A DNA stretch of 64,000 nt from Octopus vulgaris (GCA_951406725.2 OX597817.1:169446001-169510000), one strand, 5' to 3'; shown: positions 1-13,785, counted from the first letter of the stretch. The notes: generated from the letters alone by a model not told the origin. Program-made: numbers and translations.

Positions 1-250
1 ACAAGGTCCTAGGTTCAATCCCAATGCATGGTATATTGGGCAAGTGCTTTTTTTTTTATCAAAACATCAAATAGTCCAAAGCCTTGTGAGTCAAACTGGG
101 CTGATGAAAACTATGAGGAAGCCTATCAGATTGATTGTATCTGTCATTTAAAGGTCCAGCCTTGACCCACTGTATCAGGTTGATTTCACTTGAAGCTTAC
201 ATTAAGGGTACACGTGTTTGTGGAGTGTTCATCCACTTTACTTATTTAAT
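1..250 (+). mobile_element. Diverged SINE, partial head H1 joined to tail T2
   Basis: B-box-like ggttcaatccc and ttgggcaagtg...aagccttgtgagt (H1), then ttacattaagggtacacgtgtttgtggagtg (T2, compare 18200-18230). Confidence 0.6.
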
Positions 251-723
251 CCCTTTGTTCCCCATGGAGGCCATTGATGACACTTTCCCACTGCACTTAA
301 TTCTAGGTTGTCTTTTCTGCTTCTCTCTGGTTAAATCCCTGCTTTTTCAGCCCTGCCTCAGTATCCTACTTCCAGCTACTTTTAGGGCCTCTTCTCTTCT
401 GCTTCCCTTGTGGACATATGTTTCCCTAAGGGAAAGCTTTCCTCTCTCCACTCTTGTTAGTTTTGAATTATCATCAATGCTTCTGTAATTTTGATTTTTG
501 TAGGTAGATGTGTTGGCCCTACACAAACCCATTTTTAGCCCCTAGGAAGAGGTGGTCCATATTAGTCTGGCCTCTATCCTTTGACCTGTTCAGCATGGGG
601 AGCCCTACCAGGAGCTTGCTGATACAAGCTACTACAGCTTGTATACTGAGGATACAAGCTACTACACTGCAACAAAAAACTAGATATTATAGTGGAGTGG
701 TGGAATGTTCAACCACTTACATG

Positions 724-951
724 TTAACTCTTTAGCACACAGATTATTCTATCAAATATATTACTCTTTCATTCACATTGTTTTTAATTGATCAGGTATT
801 ATTTTGTAGTTTCAATATCATGACGATGAAATTGTATATTTTTAGAATGGCATTGAAGGGTAAGTGTGATAGGCTGGATCTGGCTATTTAGAACATAAAA
901 TAGGTAACACATTTGGGCAGAATATGGCCAGTTTAAGTGCTAAAGGATTAA
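724..951. mobile_element. piggyBac-like MITE (family P1), diverged
   Basis: ttaa-ctctttagc...gctaaagga-ttaa ends; internal similarity to 37027-37254. Confidence 0.6.
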
Positions 952-1461
952 TTCAATGAGCAGGTAGTTGGAAACAGGAGGAGACCAATTAGTTAAGATC
1001 TACTCAGTAGCTGTGATAATATCTGTAAATTCTGAGAATTTGATGGAGATGTTGCTAAGGATAATCAGTGTTTTCAACTTGGATGTAATGCATTCTAAAC
1101 TCCATTGTATTATTTGGTAGAGAAATATGAACTGTGAAATGTATGCAGAGAAATATAGTAGTAAAAAATATATAGTCTATGGAATTTGGAAGTTAAAATG
1201 TAAAAAGCGAAATGTAAGTAGCAAAATCTAAGCAATGCCATGTGTATAATGTTGTTTAGACAATGAAATTTGGGTAGTGAAAAATGAGTAGTGAAATGTG
1301 AGCAGCAGAATGTGAAATGGTGTAAAGATAGAAATGTGAGATGAGATATATGAATGGTTGTTGAATATAGAGGTATTATGAGAAGAAATAGTGGGAGAAT
1401 GGAGTGATGGGTGTCTGAAGTAACTGGGAACGATTGCTTATTTGGAAATAACCAGAGAAAA

Positions 1462-1600
1462 GATGATGATGGTGGTGGTGGTGGCGGTGGCGACGACGAT
1501 GATGACGACGATGACGATGATGACAACGATGACGATGATGACAACGACGATGACAACGAACAGAATATTGACGATGATACCGATAATGACAATTTGCTGT
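1462..1600. repeat. Mixed GAT/GGT/GAC trinucleotide microsatellite
   Basis: Visible triplet runs; explains the poly-D/S/H ORFs. Confidence 0.9.
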
Positions 1601-3610
1601 CCATAATATGAGGAAAGACAGAAAGGAATTAAGATATATCATTGAAGTAGGCTGAAGAAGTAGTCTCTTTGGCTCCTACATAATGATGATAATGATGATG
1701 ATGGCAATGCTGATAATGATGGTGATAATAACGATAACATGCTGTATATAATAATCCGAGAAAAGATGATAATCATCATCATTGCCATCTTAAAGACAAG
1801 GTTCTGTGATTACAATACACTACTCAAGTAGTCTTAACACAGTTGTTTTTTTTTTTCACTTCTACTGACTTCTATTTCTCTTTTCCGTTTTTGTGGGGGT
1901 GGATAATGAGAATTATTTAGGCACAGCAGAACTGGAGAAGAATAAGTATAGTGGGTGGGATTTGTTTGTCAGTTCTGTAGTCCATTGATTACAAAACCTG
2001 TCCTTTTCTTAACTGTGCATTACTAAGGTTATCTTCTTTACTGCTATTAAGACAGACATTTTGCCTGAATATTTTATAATCAATGATTTTACTGCAACAC
2101 CCACTCCAGTTAAAAATACTGCAAATTATATATATAATTTCATTGAAAAACTCTTCTTCATTCAATAAAAGCTCTTCAATCGAGCCACAATGTCCGTACA
2201 TCTGTGTTAACTACATGTAGAACTATTGATAGAACTGCTCTTTCTTCATACTCTCCTCACCTTTTTCTCGTTTTTAATTGCAACAGCAAAACAACAACAA
2301 CAACAAATTGAATGAAAATCTATTGTTACATCATAGATGTTCTATTTAAATATTTCTTTTTGAATTTTTCTTTTTTTTTTTTTATATAATAATAGAAACT
2401 TTACCTTGTTTGTTAGTTTATCATAGCTGAAGCTAGAATCATATTGAGGCAAGACAAAAAGAAATGACCTTGCCTGTGTCTAGACTGAAATTTTGGAACC
2501 AATTGGATATAATCTATGTAGTTGTTTTATCTATAAATAGACAGAAAACTTGAGATTTCTCCATTGCGATGTAGTTTCAGTGAATATTTAACGAAATCAA
2601 TCAATTTCTTCAAGTGCACTACATCCAGGGTTGAACGACAGACGTTGTTCTCATTTAAATATCACTCTTAAAATTGAAATTTTTATTTTATTTTATTTAC
2701 ATTTTCGTATTTTTTTAAAGAACTCATTTTAAAACTGCAGCTGACAACTAATCCAGAAGAGAGAAAGAAAATGAAAAAAAGATAGAGGGTGGAAAAAAAA
2801 TGTATATTTCTTATTACGGTGAAAGGAAAAAAGATGAAGATTGAAAAATAAATATATAAATAATATTATTAAATATATGAAATCAATAAATATGGAAGAG
2901 AAACGTTATTTATTGAGATTCTGATAGGTTGACAGATGTTTGAGTGGGTTGGTAGGTCCCTCTCTCTATTTCTAGAATCATGGCTCAATTAACAGGCAAT
3001 TCTTATCTATAGTTGAGACAGAGACACTGCAGAACATGGAAGACAGGGGTAAGGTTATGAGACAAACAGTGTAGAGTTCTAGCATGTTGTGTGTGAATAT
3101 AGCATTATTATATAGCAGAACGAATGAGATTGGGTTAATATGTACAAGAGAAATAAGGCAGCATTGCATTATGGGGTTAATGAGGGAGAGAATTAACAGG
3201 TTTAAGATGAGTACAGCAGGGAGTTAACAAGGTGATGTTAGCATATGAAAAGCAAATATGATGTAGAATAACAGTTCAACGCTAACCCAGTCTTGTCACT
3301 TCTTAAGATGCATCGACTGATGCATCCATTTGTGTGCATGCTTGTTTATATGAATACACACTTATGTATGTGTGTGAATTTCTAAGTATGTATGTATGTG
3401 TTATCATGTATTAGTGTTTGTGTGTGTGTGTATATATATGTATGCAAATATATATACTTAAGTGTTAGTCTATGAGTGTGTGTGTTTATCGATAATGGCA
3501 TGAAATTGTGAGGATTTGTGTGTGTGCTTGTATGAATACATACTTATGTGTGTACTTGTATGTATTCTCATGTATTAGTGTTTGTGTGTGTGAGTATATG
3601 TATATATATA

Positions 3611-3658
<48 letters not shown>

Positions 3659-4498
3659 TGTATGTATATATATATATATATGTATGTATATATGTATGTA
3701 TATATGTGTGTATGTATGTATATATATATATATATATGTAACTATATACTTAAGTGTTAGTGTGTGTATTTATCAGTAAAGGTGCGAAATTGTGATGGTT
3801 TTTAGTCAAAAACTGATGAGGGATGAGCATGTCCACATCTTGTGTGTATTTTTTTCTATATGTTCGTTTGTTGTCTTTCTGTGCAATTATTCACTCACTC
3901 TACACTGATAGATGATAGATAGATTGATAGAGAGATAGAGAGAGAGAGAGAAAGAGAGAGGGATAGAGATAGAGATAGATAGATAGATAGATAGATAGAT
4001 ACGTGTATTTAAGTGGTAAAGTGTGTGTGTGTGTGTGCATGCATGTATGTGCATGTGTATGTTTGTATGTGAAGCAGTATGCTATGTACTGTTGGTAATA
4101 TGTACTATAAGATCATCATAGTATTCTTATATGTAAATACATTTAAATTCGTTGATTGATGTCTGCATTTTGAAAAATACTGAATTTTTTTAATTTCCTG
4201 AAATTCGTTACAGAAAAAAATGTGTACAAAAATCAATATAAATAATGAAAGAAATGAAATGAATTGGATGCACTTTTATGAGTTTATTAACTTAGATCAG
4301 CATACACCAATAAATAAATAGAATTTAAAAAATTTTTATTTTTGAATATTGTAAACGAGATGTTTTGATATTTCGTTCTTCTTGTCTTTCTCCATGAGCC
4401 TAGAGTAACTGAGTTAGTGATGTAGCTTGTGTGTGTACTGCCCAAGGCAGCATTTGAGTTTTCCACCCCCACTTCAGGACCCCCAAACTTATACAGGC

Positions 4499-4726
4499 TT
4501 ATCCCTTTAGCATTTAAACCAGCCATATCCGGCCAAAAATATTCTACCTGTTTTATGTTCAAACTGGCCAGATCTGGTCTCTCACACCAACCCTACAATA
4601 TCATTTTAAAAATTAACAGCTACCTCATCAAAATCTCATAGCTACAAGATAATGCATGATTAGTTCAAAACAATGTGGATAAAAAAGGATTAATTTTGGT
4701 GGAATAATGCGAACACTAAAGGGTTA
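4499..4726. mobile_element. piggyBac-like MITE (family P1), opposite orientation
   Basis: ccctttagcatttaaacc...ctaaaggg termini; reverse-complement similarity to 37027-37254. Confidence 0.65.
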
Positions 4727-4941
4727 TACAGCACACCCCAAAGTACTACCACAATAAAAGCATCACTTGAAATGGATGCCGCCCTTCTTTATACCACTTC
4801 TAGTTACATTATTGAACTAAGGGTATTTTAAATTTGTTTTCTGATTAGCATTGCTCTTTTTACATTCAAATCTGTATCCATTTTCACATGTTTTCCATCT
4901 TCAAAATTTCTAACAAAAAAAGTAAAATAAAAAATAGCATA

Positions 4942-5056
4942 AATGGAGGCATGGCTGTGTGGTAAGAAGTTTGCTTCCCAACCATATGGTTTTGGGTTCA
5001 GTTTCACTACATGGTACCAAGGGCAAGTGTCTTGCCTCAGGCTGATTAATACCTTG
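4942..5056 (+). mobile_element. SINE head H1 fragment
   Basis: tggctgtgtggtaagaagtttgc...gggttcagttt (A/B-box-like). Confidence 0.7.
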
Positions 5057-5214
5057 GGCTTCTTTCAGTTTCTGTCTACCAAATCCACTCACAAGGCTTT
5101 GGTCGGCCCGAGGCTATAGTAGAAGACAGTTGCCCAAGGTGCCATGCAGTGGGACTGAACCCGGAACCATGTGGTTTGTAAGCAAGCTACTTACCACACA
5201 GCGACTCCTACGCC
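5057..5214 (-). mobile_element. SINE head H1 fragment, inverted against the preceding copy
   Basis: Near-identical to 10977-11135. Confidence 0.85.
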
Positions 5215-5609
5215 TATCTCCATTTTTTGTGTGGATCCCTTTGATTCCTATTTTACTCCAGTGGACCCCTGCTGCATAGCCATTCAATGCTTTAAAAAAA
5301 TCCCCTTGTATTTTTATAATGAAGTATTATTAACAATTGTATATAAAAAAGTGTTAAATATTTTGAGCTTTGTACAAGTATAAGTAATTTATTGCATATA
5401 AATTTTAACAACAAAATCTTACAGGGACCCCCATGGACCCCAGTTGAGAATCACTGATCTATTTTGTGGTTGGGTTATTGGCAACTTAAGTGATAACGCC
5501 ACTCTAGGTTCTCATATTGGTGTGTGTAGGGTGGATGACACTCTGACTAGACAAATATAAAATACCTTTCTTTATGTGTGAACAAACTCAACGAAGCAGA
5601 AACTATCCA

Positions 5610-5838
5610 TTAACCTTTTCATTACCGTATTTATTTTGAGATGCTCCGTGTTTCTTTCAATTATTTTAAATATAACAAAGGTTTTAGTAAAATAACTTAG
5701 TTATCATTCAGCTAGTGTTAGGAATGTAAATTGTGACTAAGGTTTGGTGGAATATTTTAATTCAAAACTTATGATAACAAGACATTTGTACTACAGAGCC
5801 ACAGCCGATTTTGGCCGGGTTAGTTACAAAAAGGTTAA
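5610..5838. mobile_element. piggyBac-like MITE (family P2)
   Basis: TTAA at both ends with ccttt/aaagg termini; highly similar to 63635-63862. Confidence 0.75.
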
Positions 5839-6084
5839 ACCTGCAAATTGAACAGAGACTCATTAAGGTGTTTGAGTCTAGCATTGCTAACAACTCCTAC
5901 AGATGGTTGTCTCATTCAGATATACTGGATTTGTCTTTCCTCTGATTCAGGGAAATCTGTGTGAGAGATGCCCCTATGTAAATGTGAGAGACAACAACCA
6001 AAGTAGCTCAAATCAGTTCTGGTTAAGATTATTATCATTTCATTGTTTACATCGTTGAAAGTGACAGATGCATACAAGTACTGT

Positions 6085-6410
6085 GGCATGACTGTGTGGT
6101 CAGAAGCTTGCTTCCTGACCACATGGCTTTTGGGTTCAGTCCCACTGTGTAGCACCATGCGAAAGCATCTTCTACTATAGCCCCAAGCTGACAAAGCCTT
6201 GTGAGTGGATTTGGTAGATAAAAACTGAAAGAAGCCCATTGAGTTGTACCCATAAATTAAAAAGGGTCAAATTCATCAGTCTGTGTCATGTTCAGTCTTC
6301 CTGAGAACTACATTGAGGGTACATGTGTCTGTGAAGTGCTCGGCCACTTGCCTGTTAATTTCACAAACAGGCTGTTCCCTTGACCGAATCAATTGAAACA
6401 CTCATCGTAA
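6085..6410 (+). mobile_element. Diverged SINE, head H1 with tail T2
   Basis: H1 head (gggttcagtcccactg...gtagataaaaactgaaagaagccc) followed by ctgagaactacattgagggtacatgtgtctgtg (T2). Confidence 0.7.
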
Positions 6411-6498
6411 TTCATGAAGAGCCAGGTCAATATGTGTGTGTGTGTGTGTGCATACCTTTGTCTTGACATGGATGTGATGATTGTGAACAAGCATTACT

Positions 6499-6734
6499 TA
6501 TTTCTTTATTACCCACAAGGGGCTAAACACAGAGGGGACAAACAAGGACAGACAAACGGATTAAGTCCATTACATCGACTCCAGAACGTAACTGGTACTT
6601 AATTTATCAACCCCGAAAGGATGAAAGGCAAAGTCGACCTCGGCAGAATTTGAACTCAGAACGTAACGGCAGACTAAATACGGCTACGCATTTCGCCCGG
6701 CATGCTAACGTTTCTGCCAGCTCGCCGCCTTAAG
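6499..6734 (-). mobile_element. tRNA-derived SINE, head H4 family, full length
   Basis: Minus strand reads aaggcggcgagctggcagaaacg...gagttcaaattc...cctttcatcctttcgggg; 11-bp TSD caagcattact at 6488-6498 and 6735-6745. Confidence 0.9.
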
Positions 6735-7267
6735 CAAGCATTACTGTCATACTGGCTATGCTGTTCATGCCTAGTCTTCTGGGGAAAAGATGCCTGTCTG
6801 TAGAAAACTTGCCATAACAAAATTCTGTCTGTCACATGAAAAGCATGGACAAGTGGATGTTAAAAACAATGATGATGATGATGCTGTTGATGATATATAA
6901 GTAATAACAATAATAAGGTTAGTTAGAAAGAAATTGTTCTTTATATTCAGATACAGAAAGTCTTCAAATTAAACAAAATAAAATAAAATAAAATAAAATA
7001 AAGTTACAGTTAAGAATTTGTCTCTACTGGCAGTTGAGGCACCAGCATTCTCAAGTGCTTGACAAATTCTTCATTGTTATGGCATAAATATTTTATTTTA
7101 TTTCACTTCATATCATTTTAATTCATTTTCTGGGAAAATTTCAAGACTTTCTTTATTTGTATATAAATATACTATGGAAAAAAATAACTGCATTTCTTCT
7201 GACTAAGCATATTATTATTACCAATATACTGTTCTGTACACTACCAAAAACATTTTATTAGTATATT

Positions 7268-7317
<50 letters not shown>

Positions 7318-7318
7318 G

Positions 7319-7373
<55 letters not shown>

Positions 7374-7400
7374 TATATATGTGTGTGTGCGTGTGTGTGT

Positions 7401-7705
7401 GGAAGCGCAATGGCCCAGTGGTTAGGGCAATGGACTCGCAGTCGTGGGATCGCGGTTTCGATTCCCAGACTGGGCGTTGTGAGTGTTTATTCAGCGAAAA
7501 CACCTAACTGCTCCATGAGGCTCCGGCAGGGGGGGGGGGTAATCCCTGCTGTACTCTTTCGCCGCAACTTTTTCTCACTCTTTCTTCTGTTGGCCTGCTT
7601 GCTTAGCCAGCGAGGTGGCGTCATTTGAAGGCTAAAACAATGCAAAAGCGCATTGTGACCAGTGATGTGTAGCAAAATCTGATAGCTTGGTCGGTCACGG
7701 TGACG

Positions 7706-7710
<5 letters not shown>
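7401..7710 (+). mobile_element. tRNA-derived SINE, head H2 with RTE-like tail T5
   Basis: A box TGGCCCAGTGG, B box GGTTTCGATTCC; ends ggtcggtcacggtgacggtgat, resembling the RTE 3' end at 60081-60150. Confidence 0.9.
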
Positions 7711-7745
<35 letters not shown>

Positions 7746-7756
7746 AAATATCGTCA

Positions 7757-8400
7757 GCATCATCATCTAACATTTGTTTTCCATACTGGTATGGGTTGGA
7801 TGGTTTGATAGGATTTGGTGAGCTGAAAGGATCTGCAGCGCTCTGCTAATCTCCAGTGTTAGCTTTGACATGATTTCTATGGCTAGATACCCTTCCTAAT
7901 GCCAGCCACTTTGCAGTGTATACTGGGTTCTTTGGTTTCTTTTTTTTTTTCTTTTTTTGCTAATGCCACCAGCATTAGTAAGGTTGCCTAGTAACTTGCA
8001 ATACAGATTACTTGTCTGCCTCGCTATCACCAGTCACCCCATTTTGCTATGTTCACACGAGCTGATTTGGTCTTCTCCAAAGCAATGTCCTACCCATTTT
8101 TGCGATCCCTTGTCACCTCCTTTATGAGGTTCAGCAGCTTATTTCTTGGTATTAACAAGCTGAACCTGTAGTCCTCTTGATAAGGATCCCCCCACAATAA
8201 TCACTTGTCACTTCTTTACCCAACTGTCATCTCCAAATGCATTACATCTGTACTTGTGCAGTTTCTCTCTTACACACTAAATCTGATCTCTCTAGAAGCC
8301 AAATTTTCTCTCAGCTCATTTGAATTCTGTTGTTCATGCAATATGGAGCTTGTTTGCTTCATATCTTTTCCTGTAGTCTGTGCTAATCATCCATACTGAA
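7757..8400 (-). mobile_element. Decayed RTE-clade LINE 3' end with family-F 3' UTR
   Basis: Minus-strand remnants (SNELRENL..., LLNLIKEVTRDR) run into the ggcattaggaaggg...(GAT)n UTR. Confidence 0.55.
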
Positions 8401-8885
8401 TGCCCATGACACACCCTTTCACACATATACACACATAGGACTCGTGCCTCTTACACTAGCATCCTACAATCATTCCCTCATGGCCCATAAAGCTAATAGT
8501 TCTTCAGATTGTTTCAGCCCACTTTTTACTCTCTCTCTCTCTTACGATTCCAGAAACACCAAATATCTTTCAAAGGGTAAAAGAAGCTGCTAATACTTTC
8601 ATGATGATGACGATGATGATGATGATGATGATAATGTGTGTGTGTGTGTGTGTGTGTAATATCTTAAACTTAGCATTTCCTTGCAAGCCACATGTATGAA
8701 GTTAACCAATTTCCAATTGGTGATCAATAAAGAAGCCTTGCTCCCTTATACCCATGGCTTGCCAGGAAAATCTGAGTACTGCATGTGAGTGGTCCTTGTT
8801 TGTGTGATGTGTTAAACATGTTCCTCTGTTCCAGTGATATTGCGGCCTATTTCTTTAGTTATTACACATATGGTTAGCCAGCTAT

Positions 8886-9366
8886 ATGATGATGATGATG
8901 ACGTCTGCTTTCCATGCTAGCATGGGTTGGACGATTTGACTGAGGTCTGGTGAACCACATGGCTGCACCAGACTCCAATCTGATCTGGCAGAGTTTCTAC
9001 AGCTGGATGCCCTTCCTAACGCCAACCACTCCGAGAGTGTAGTGGCTGCTTTTACATGCCACAAGCACAAGGGCCAGTCTGGCGTTACTGGCAATGGCCA
9101 CGCTCAAATGGTGCTTTTTATGTGCCACCTGCACTGGAGCCAGTGCAGCAGTACTTGCAACGACTTCGCTTGAATGTTTTTTCACGTGCCACCAGCACAA
9201 GTGCCAGTAAGGCGACGCAGGTAATGATCACGCTCGAATGGTGCTTTTTACATGCCACTGGCATGGAGGCCAGCTTGTTGCTCTGGCAACGATCACGCTC
9301 GTATGGTAATCTTAGCGCTCCACTAGCACGGATGCCAGCCATCGAATTTGATTTTGATTTCGATTT
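8886..9366 (-). mobile_element. Family F repeat (RTE 3'-UTR-derived)
   Basis: Tandem ggtggcacgtaaaaagcacc subunits, ggcgttaggaagggcatccagctgtagaaac and ccaacccatgctagcatggaaagc, ending in an (ATC/GAT)n run. Confidence 0.85.
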
Positions 9367-9717
9367 TATATATATAAGTATATATATAAGTAATGTATGT
9401 GTGTGTGTGTGTGTGCGTGAGTGTATTATTTTTACAACAAAATGTTTGACAGTGACTTCAAAGTTTCAGATTATTTACCTTCATCAGGCTGTGTGTGTGC
9501 ATGTGTATTATTAAAGCTATTATCATTTTAATGTCCAATTTTCCATACTAGCATAGGGCAGATGGATCATTAAGGGAGATTTTTGAGGGATTACTGCCTT
9601 TCGTATCACCAATCCTCACCTGTTACGAAACAAGATAATATTTTGTCATGGCCAGACATGTTTTCACAGAAAATGAAAGATACCGTCTATTTACAACTAT
9701 TGTGCAATGAGAATTGC

Positions 9718-9763
<46 letters not shown>

Positions 9764-9947
9764 TACACACACACACACATGTATATACACACAAGTAAGA
9801 CAGGTTTCTTACTGTTTCTGTCTACTAAATCTATTCACAAGGCTTTGGGCAGCCTGAGGCTTCAGTGGCAAAAAGTAGCCCAAGGTACCATGCAGTGAGA
9901 TTGAAGCTGAAACCAGATGGGTGGGAAGCAAAGTTATCAACCACACA

Positions 9948-9961
9948 GCATACATACACAC

Positions 9962-9992
<31 letters not shown>

Positions 9993-10468
9993 TACATACA
10001 TACATACATACATACATACATTCACATACATATGTACATGCATACATACACACATACACATACATACATACATACACACACATACATACATACATACATG
10101 CATACATATACACACACATACATAGACACACACACACATACATACATACATACATACATACATTCACATACATATGTACATGCATACATACACACATACA
10201 TACATACATACATACATACATACATACATACATACATACACACACACATACACACACACATATATACATACATACATACACATACATATGTACATGCATA
10301 CATACACACATGTACGTACATACATACATACATACATACATTCACATACATACATACATACATACACACACACATACATACATACATACATACATACATA
10401 CATACATACATACATACATTCACATACATACATCCATGCATACATACATACACATATCTATGAATGCA

Positions 10469-10512
<44 letters not shown>
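9948..10512. repeat. (CATA)n/(CA)n microsatellite with higher-order duplication
   Basis: Marker catatgtacatgcatac recurs at about 10029, 10171 and 10285. Confidence 0.9.
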
Positions 10513-10513
<1 letters not shown>

Positions 10514-10711
10514 TAGGATTACTACTTGCTTGCAATCAGTTTGTGTTGTATTTAATGGTTTCTCAGACCTGTAAGACTTTAAAAGCTTTAAGCAGCTTCC
10601 TAACTTACTGAAAGCAAGCGATAAGTTCTGTTACCTAGGTGACATAATTAATGTTAGCTTAGTGATATCACAGGATTAAAAGTTGGAGGTAGCGAGGAAG
10701 GAAGATTTGAG

Positions 10712-11135
10712 CTCTCTTTTACTCTTACTCTTTTACTTGTTTCAGTCATTTGACTGCGGCCATGCTGGAGCACCGCCTTTAGTCAAGCAAATCGACCCTG
10801 GGACTTATTCTTTGTAAGCCCAGTACTTATTCTATCGGTCTCTTTTGCCGAACCGCTAAGTGACGGGGACGTAAACACACCAGCATCGGTTGTCAGGCAA
10901 TGCTAGGGGGACAAACACAGACACACAAACATATATACATACACATACATATATATATATATACATATATACGACAGGCTTCTTTCAGTTTCCGTCTACC
11001 AAATCCACTCACAAGGCATTGGTCGGCCCGGGGCTATAGCAGAAGACACTTGCCCAAGATGCCACGCAGTGGGACTGAACCCGGAACCATGTGGTTGGTT
11101 AGCAAGCTACTTACCACACAGCCACTCCTGCACCT
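10712..11135 (-). mobile_element. tRNA-derived SINE, head H1 with CR1-like tail T1, full length
   Basis: A box TGGCTGTGTGG, B box GGTTCAGTCCC, internal (TA/TG)n, tail cagcatggccgcagtcaaatgactgaaacaagtaaaagag. Confidence 0.9.
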
Positions 11136-11704
11136 GTCACTTTTCTTCAGAAAGAAGGCGTTTCTCTTGATACAAGAAATGTATAAGCAGTAAGATGTTA
11201 TATCCTGTGTATGGAGGTGATGCACAAAAGAATAAGACTAAACTCTTGATGAATTGCAGTATAACTGGATGATATAAATAATGCAGGCTATCTATTTTCA
11301 TGGGTGAACAGAGGTCAGGGTATAAAGGGATACTTAATCTGATAAAAATAGCAGCTAAATTTCATTTATATCACACCCTGTGATTTTGCAAATGTGCTTT
11401 CCCTAGTGGTTAGGGCGTTGTCTCATGATCGTAAAGTCAATGGTTCAGTTCCTAAATGGGACAACTCTTTGAATCTGTGAACAAAATTTTTGGTATCACA
11501 GGCAACTGTAGATTAAAGCACGTAGATTACATGTATGGCTAAGAAGAAGTAATAGATAAAGTGTGTTACCAAGGCAAACTGGAGGCTGAGCTAATGATAA
11601 GATAAGGACCGGCAAACAAATAATGCAAACACTTAGGGAAAACATAGGAAAAGGGGAATTTTTAATTAAGTATCAAGACTTTATGTTGATATTCATGTGT
11701 TTAT

Positions 11705-11910
11705 TGAGGCAGTGAGCGGGCAGAATCGTTACTGAGCTTGGCAAAATGCTTAGCTGTATTTCACCTGTCTTCACCTTCTGATTTCAAACTCCACCAAGAT
11801 CAACTTTGCCATTCATCCATTTGGGGTCGATAAAGTAAGTGCTGAGGTCAATGTCATTGACTAACATCCTCCCCCCAAATTACTGGCCTTGTGTCAAAAT
11901 TTGAAACTGA
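11705..11910 (+). mobile_element. Diverged H4 SINE with alternative tail
   Basis: gcagaatcgtt...caactttgccattcatccatttggggtcgataaa...ggccttgtgtcaaaatttgaaac. Confidence 0.7.
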
Positions 11911-11929
11911 TATTTTATGTAGTTATTCC

Positions 11930-12310
11930 ATTTTCTTTTATTTGTTTCAGTCTTGGACTGTGGCCATACTGTAGCCTCTTAAAGGGCTCAGCTGAAAGAA
12001 ATTGATGCCAGTATAATTTTTAAAATTTGGTACTTATTCTATCTGTCTCGTTTGCCAGAACCACTACGTTAATGGGGGATGTAAACAAACTGACACCAGC
12101 TGTCAAGAAGTAATGGATACACACACACAAACACACTCATTACATGTCAAGCTTCCACACAGTTTCCATCTACCAAATTCACTCACAAGGCATTGGTTTG
12201 CCTGAAGCTATAGCAGAAGACACTTGCCCAAGATACCACGTCATGGGACTGAACCCGCAACCATACATTACAAAGTGAGCCTCTTAACCACATGTCCTTG
12301 CCTGCACCTA
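11930..12310 (-). mobile_element. Diverged H1+T1 SINE
   Basis: ttgtttcagtc...taccaaattcactcacaaggcattgg...gggactgaaccc. Confidence 0.75.
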
Positions 12311-12559
12311 TTAAACATTATAATCATCAATTTTAGACAGGAAAAAGAGCAGCATGCTCACTTGAACCATATATCTATCCATTACAACTATATTACTAAT
12401 TACACTACAGAGCTATCCTCATCCATAATGAAATGCTGAGTCCTAATTGTGAAGGGTACCTACCACTTCCACAGGTACTCTCCACAATTTAGAGCTCAGC
12501 ACTTCTTTATGGATGAGGACAGCTGCATAAAGAAGTGCCAAGCTCTTATTGTGGAAGGT

Positions 12560-12788
12560 GCCTATTTCTTTACTACCCACAAGGGGCTAAACACAGAGAG
12601 GACAAACAAATGGATTAAGTTGATTGTATCAACCCCAGTGCATAACTGGTACTTATTTAATCGACCCTGAGAGGATGAAAAGCAAAGTCAACCTTGGCGG
12701 AATTTGAACTCACAACGTAACGGCAGACGAAATATGGCTATGCATTTCGCCCAGCATGCTAACGTTTCTGCCAGCCCGCCGCCTTAAA
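12560..12788 (-). mobile_element. H4 SINE nested in the RTE ORF remnant
   Basis: 12-bp TSD attgtggaaggt at 12548-12559 and 12789-12800. Confidence 0.9.
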
Positions 12789-13163
12789 ATTGTGGAAGGT
12801 ACTTGTGGAAGGGGTAGACCCAGAAAGACGTGGGATGGAGTGGTGAGGAAAGATCTTCAGATGCTGGACCTCACTGAGGAAATGACAAGGGACCGGGAGA
12901 TGTGGCAATTTGCTGTACAAGTCAAGCTAAGTAAGATTGCTGTCTTCCACACATACCAGGCTTGTCCTTTTAGGTACTGGTGCCACTTAAAAAGCATTTG
13001 TGCTGGTGCTGCATTAACGCACCCATGCTGGTGGCATGTAAAAAGCACCCAGCACACTCTGTTAAGCGGTTGGCATTAGGAAGGGCATCCAGCCATAGAA
13101 ACCATGCCACAACAGAGAGTGGGAGTCCAGACAGCTCCCTGCTAGCCAACTCCATGTCATACC

Positions 13164-13390
13164 TATTTCTTTACTACCCACAAGGGGCTAAACACAGAGG
13201 AGACAGACAAGGACAGATAAAAGGATTAAGTCAATTACATCGACCCCAGCGCGTAACTGGTACTTAATTTACTGACCCCGAAAGGACGAAAGGTAAAGTC
13301 GTCCTCGGCGGAATTTGAACTCAGAACATAACAGCAGACGAAATACCGCTAAGCATTTCACCTGGCGTGCTAACGTTTCTGCCAGCTCAC
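13164..13390 (-). mobile_element. H4 SINE nested in the RTE 3' UTR
   Basis: 14-bp TSD ctccatgtcatacc at 13150-13163 and 13391-13404. Confidence 0.9.
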
Positions 13391-13785
13391 CTCCATGTCA
13401 TACCATCCAACTCATGCTAGCATGGAAAACAGACGTTAAATGACGATGATGATGAGGATGATACCAAGACCCTGTTATGAAGTCTTCTCTAATTAAGTAC
13501 TATGACATTTCCCTGCTATTTAACTGTATCTATTTCATTTCCTTAAGTATCTCATTTATTCCACAGACAGTTTATCAGCCACTTAGTTCAAAAAAGATAT
13601 GCTGTTCTTTTAATGTCTGATATAAGCATAGGCATGGCTGAATGGTAATGAAGTTCACTTTGTTACCTTATGGCTTTGAGTTCTATTCCTTTGCACAGCA
13701 TCTTGGGCAAGTCTTTCTTCTATAGCTTGTGTTGACTTATAGCTTGCTTATGAAGTGGTAAATAGAAACTGTATGAAGGTCTAGC

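Larger units (their letters stand above)
12505..13462 (+). mobile_element. RTE-clade LINE 3' end (ORF remnant plus family-F 3' UTR), interrupted by two H4 SINEs
   Basis: Removing the first SINE restores MDEDSCIKKCQALIVEG|TCGRGRPRKTWDGVVRKDLQMLDLTEEMTRDREMWQFAV (RTE C-terminal GRGRPRKTW motif); UTR ends in (GAT)n. Confidence 0.8.

Noticed and set aside
7401-7480. tRNA genes at SINE heads H1-H4
   Set aside because: A and B boxes are present, but the heads continue into repeat bodies with TSDs and no complete cloverleaf was found.
9831-10611. Cluster of overlapping HTYI/MYVC ORFs
   Set aside because: Artefact of the (CATA)n/(CA)n microsatellite.
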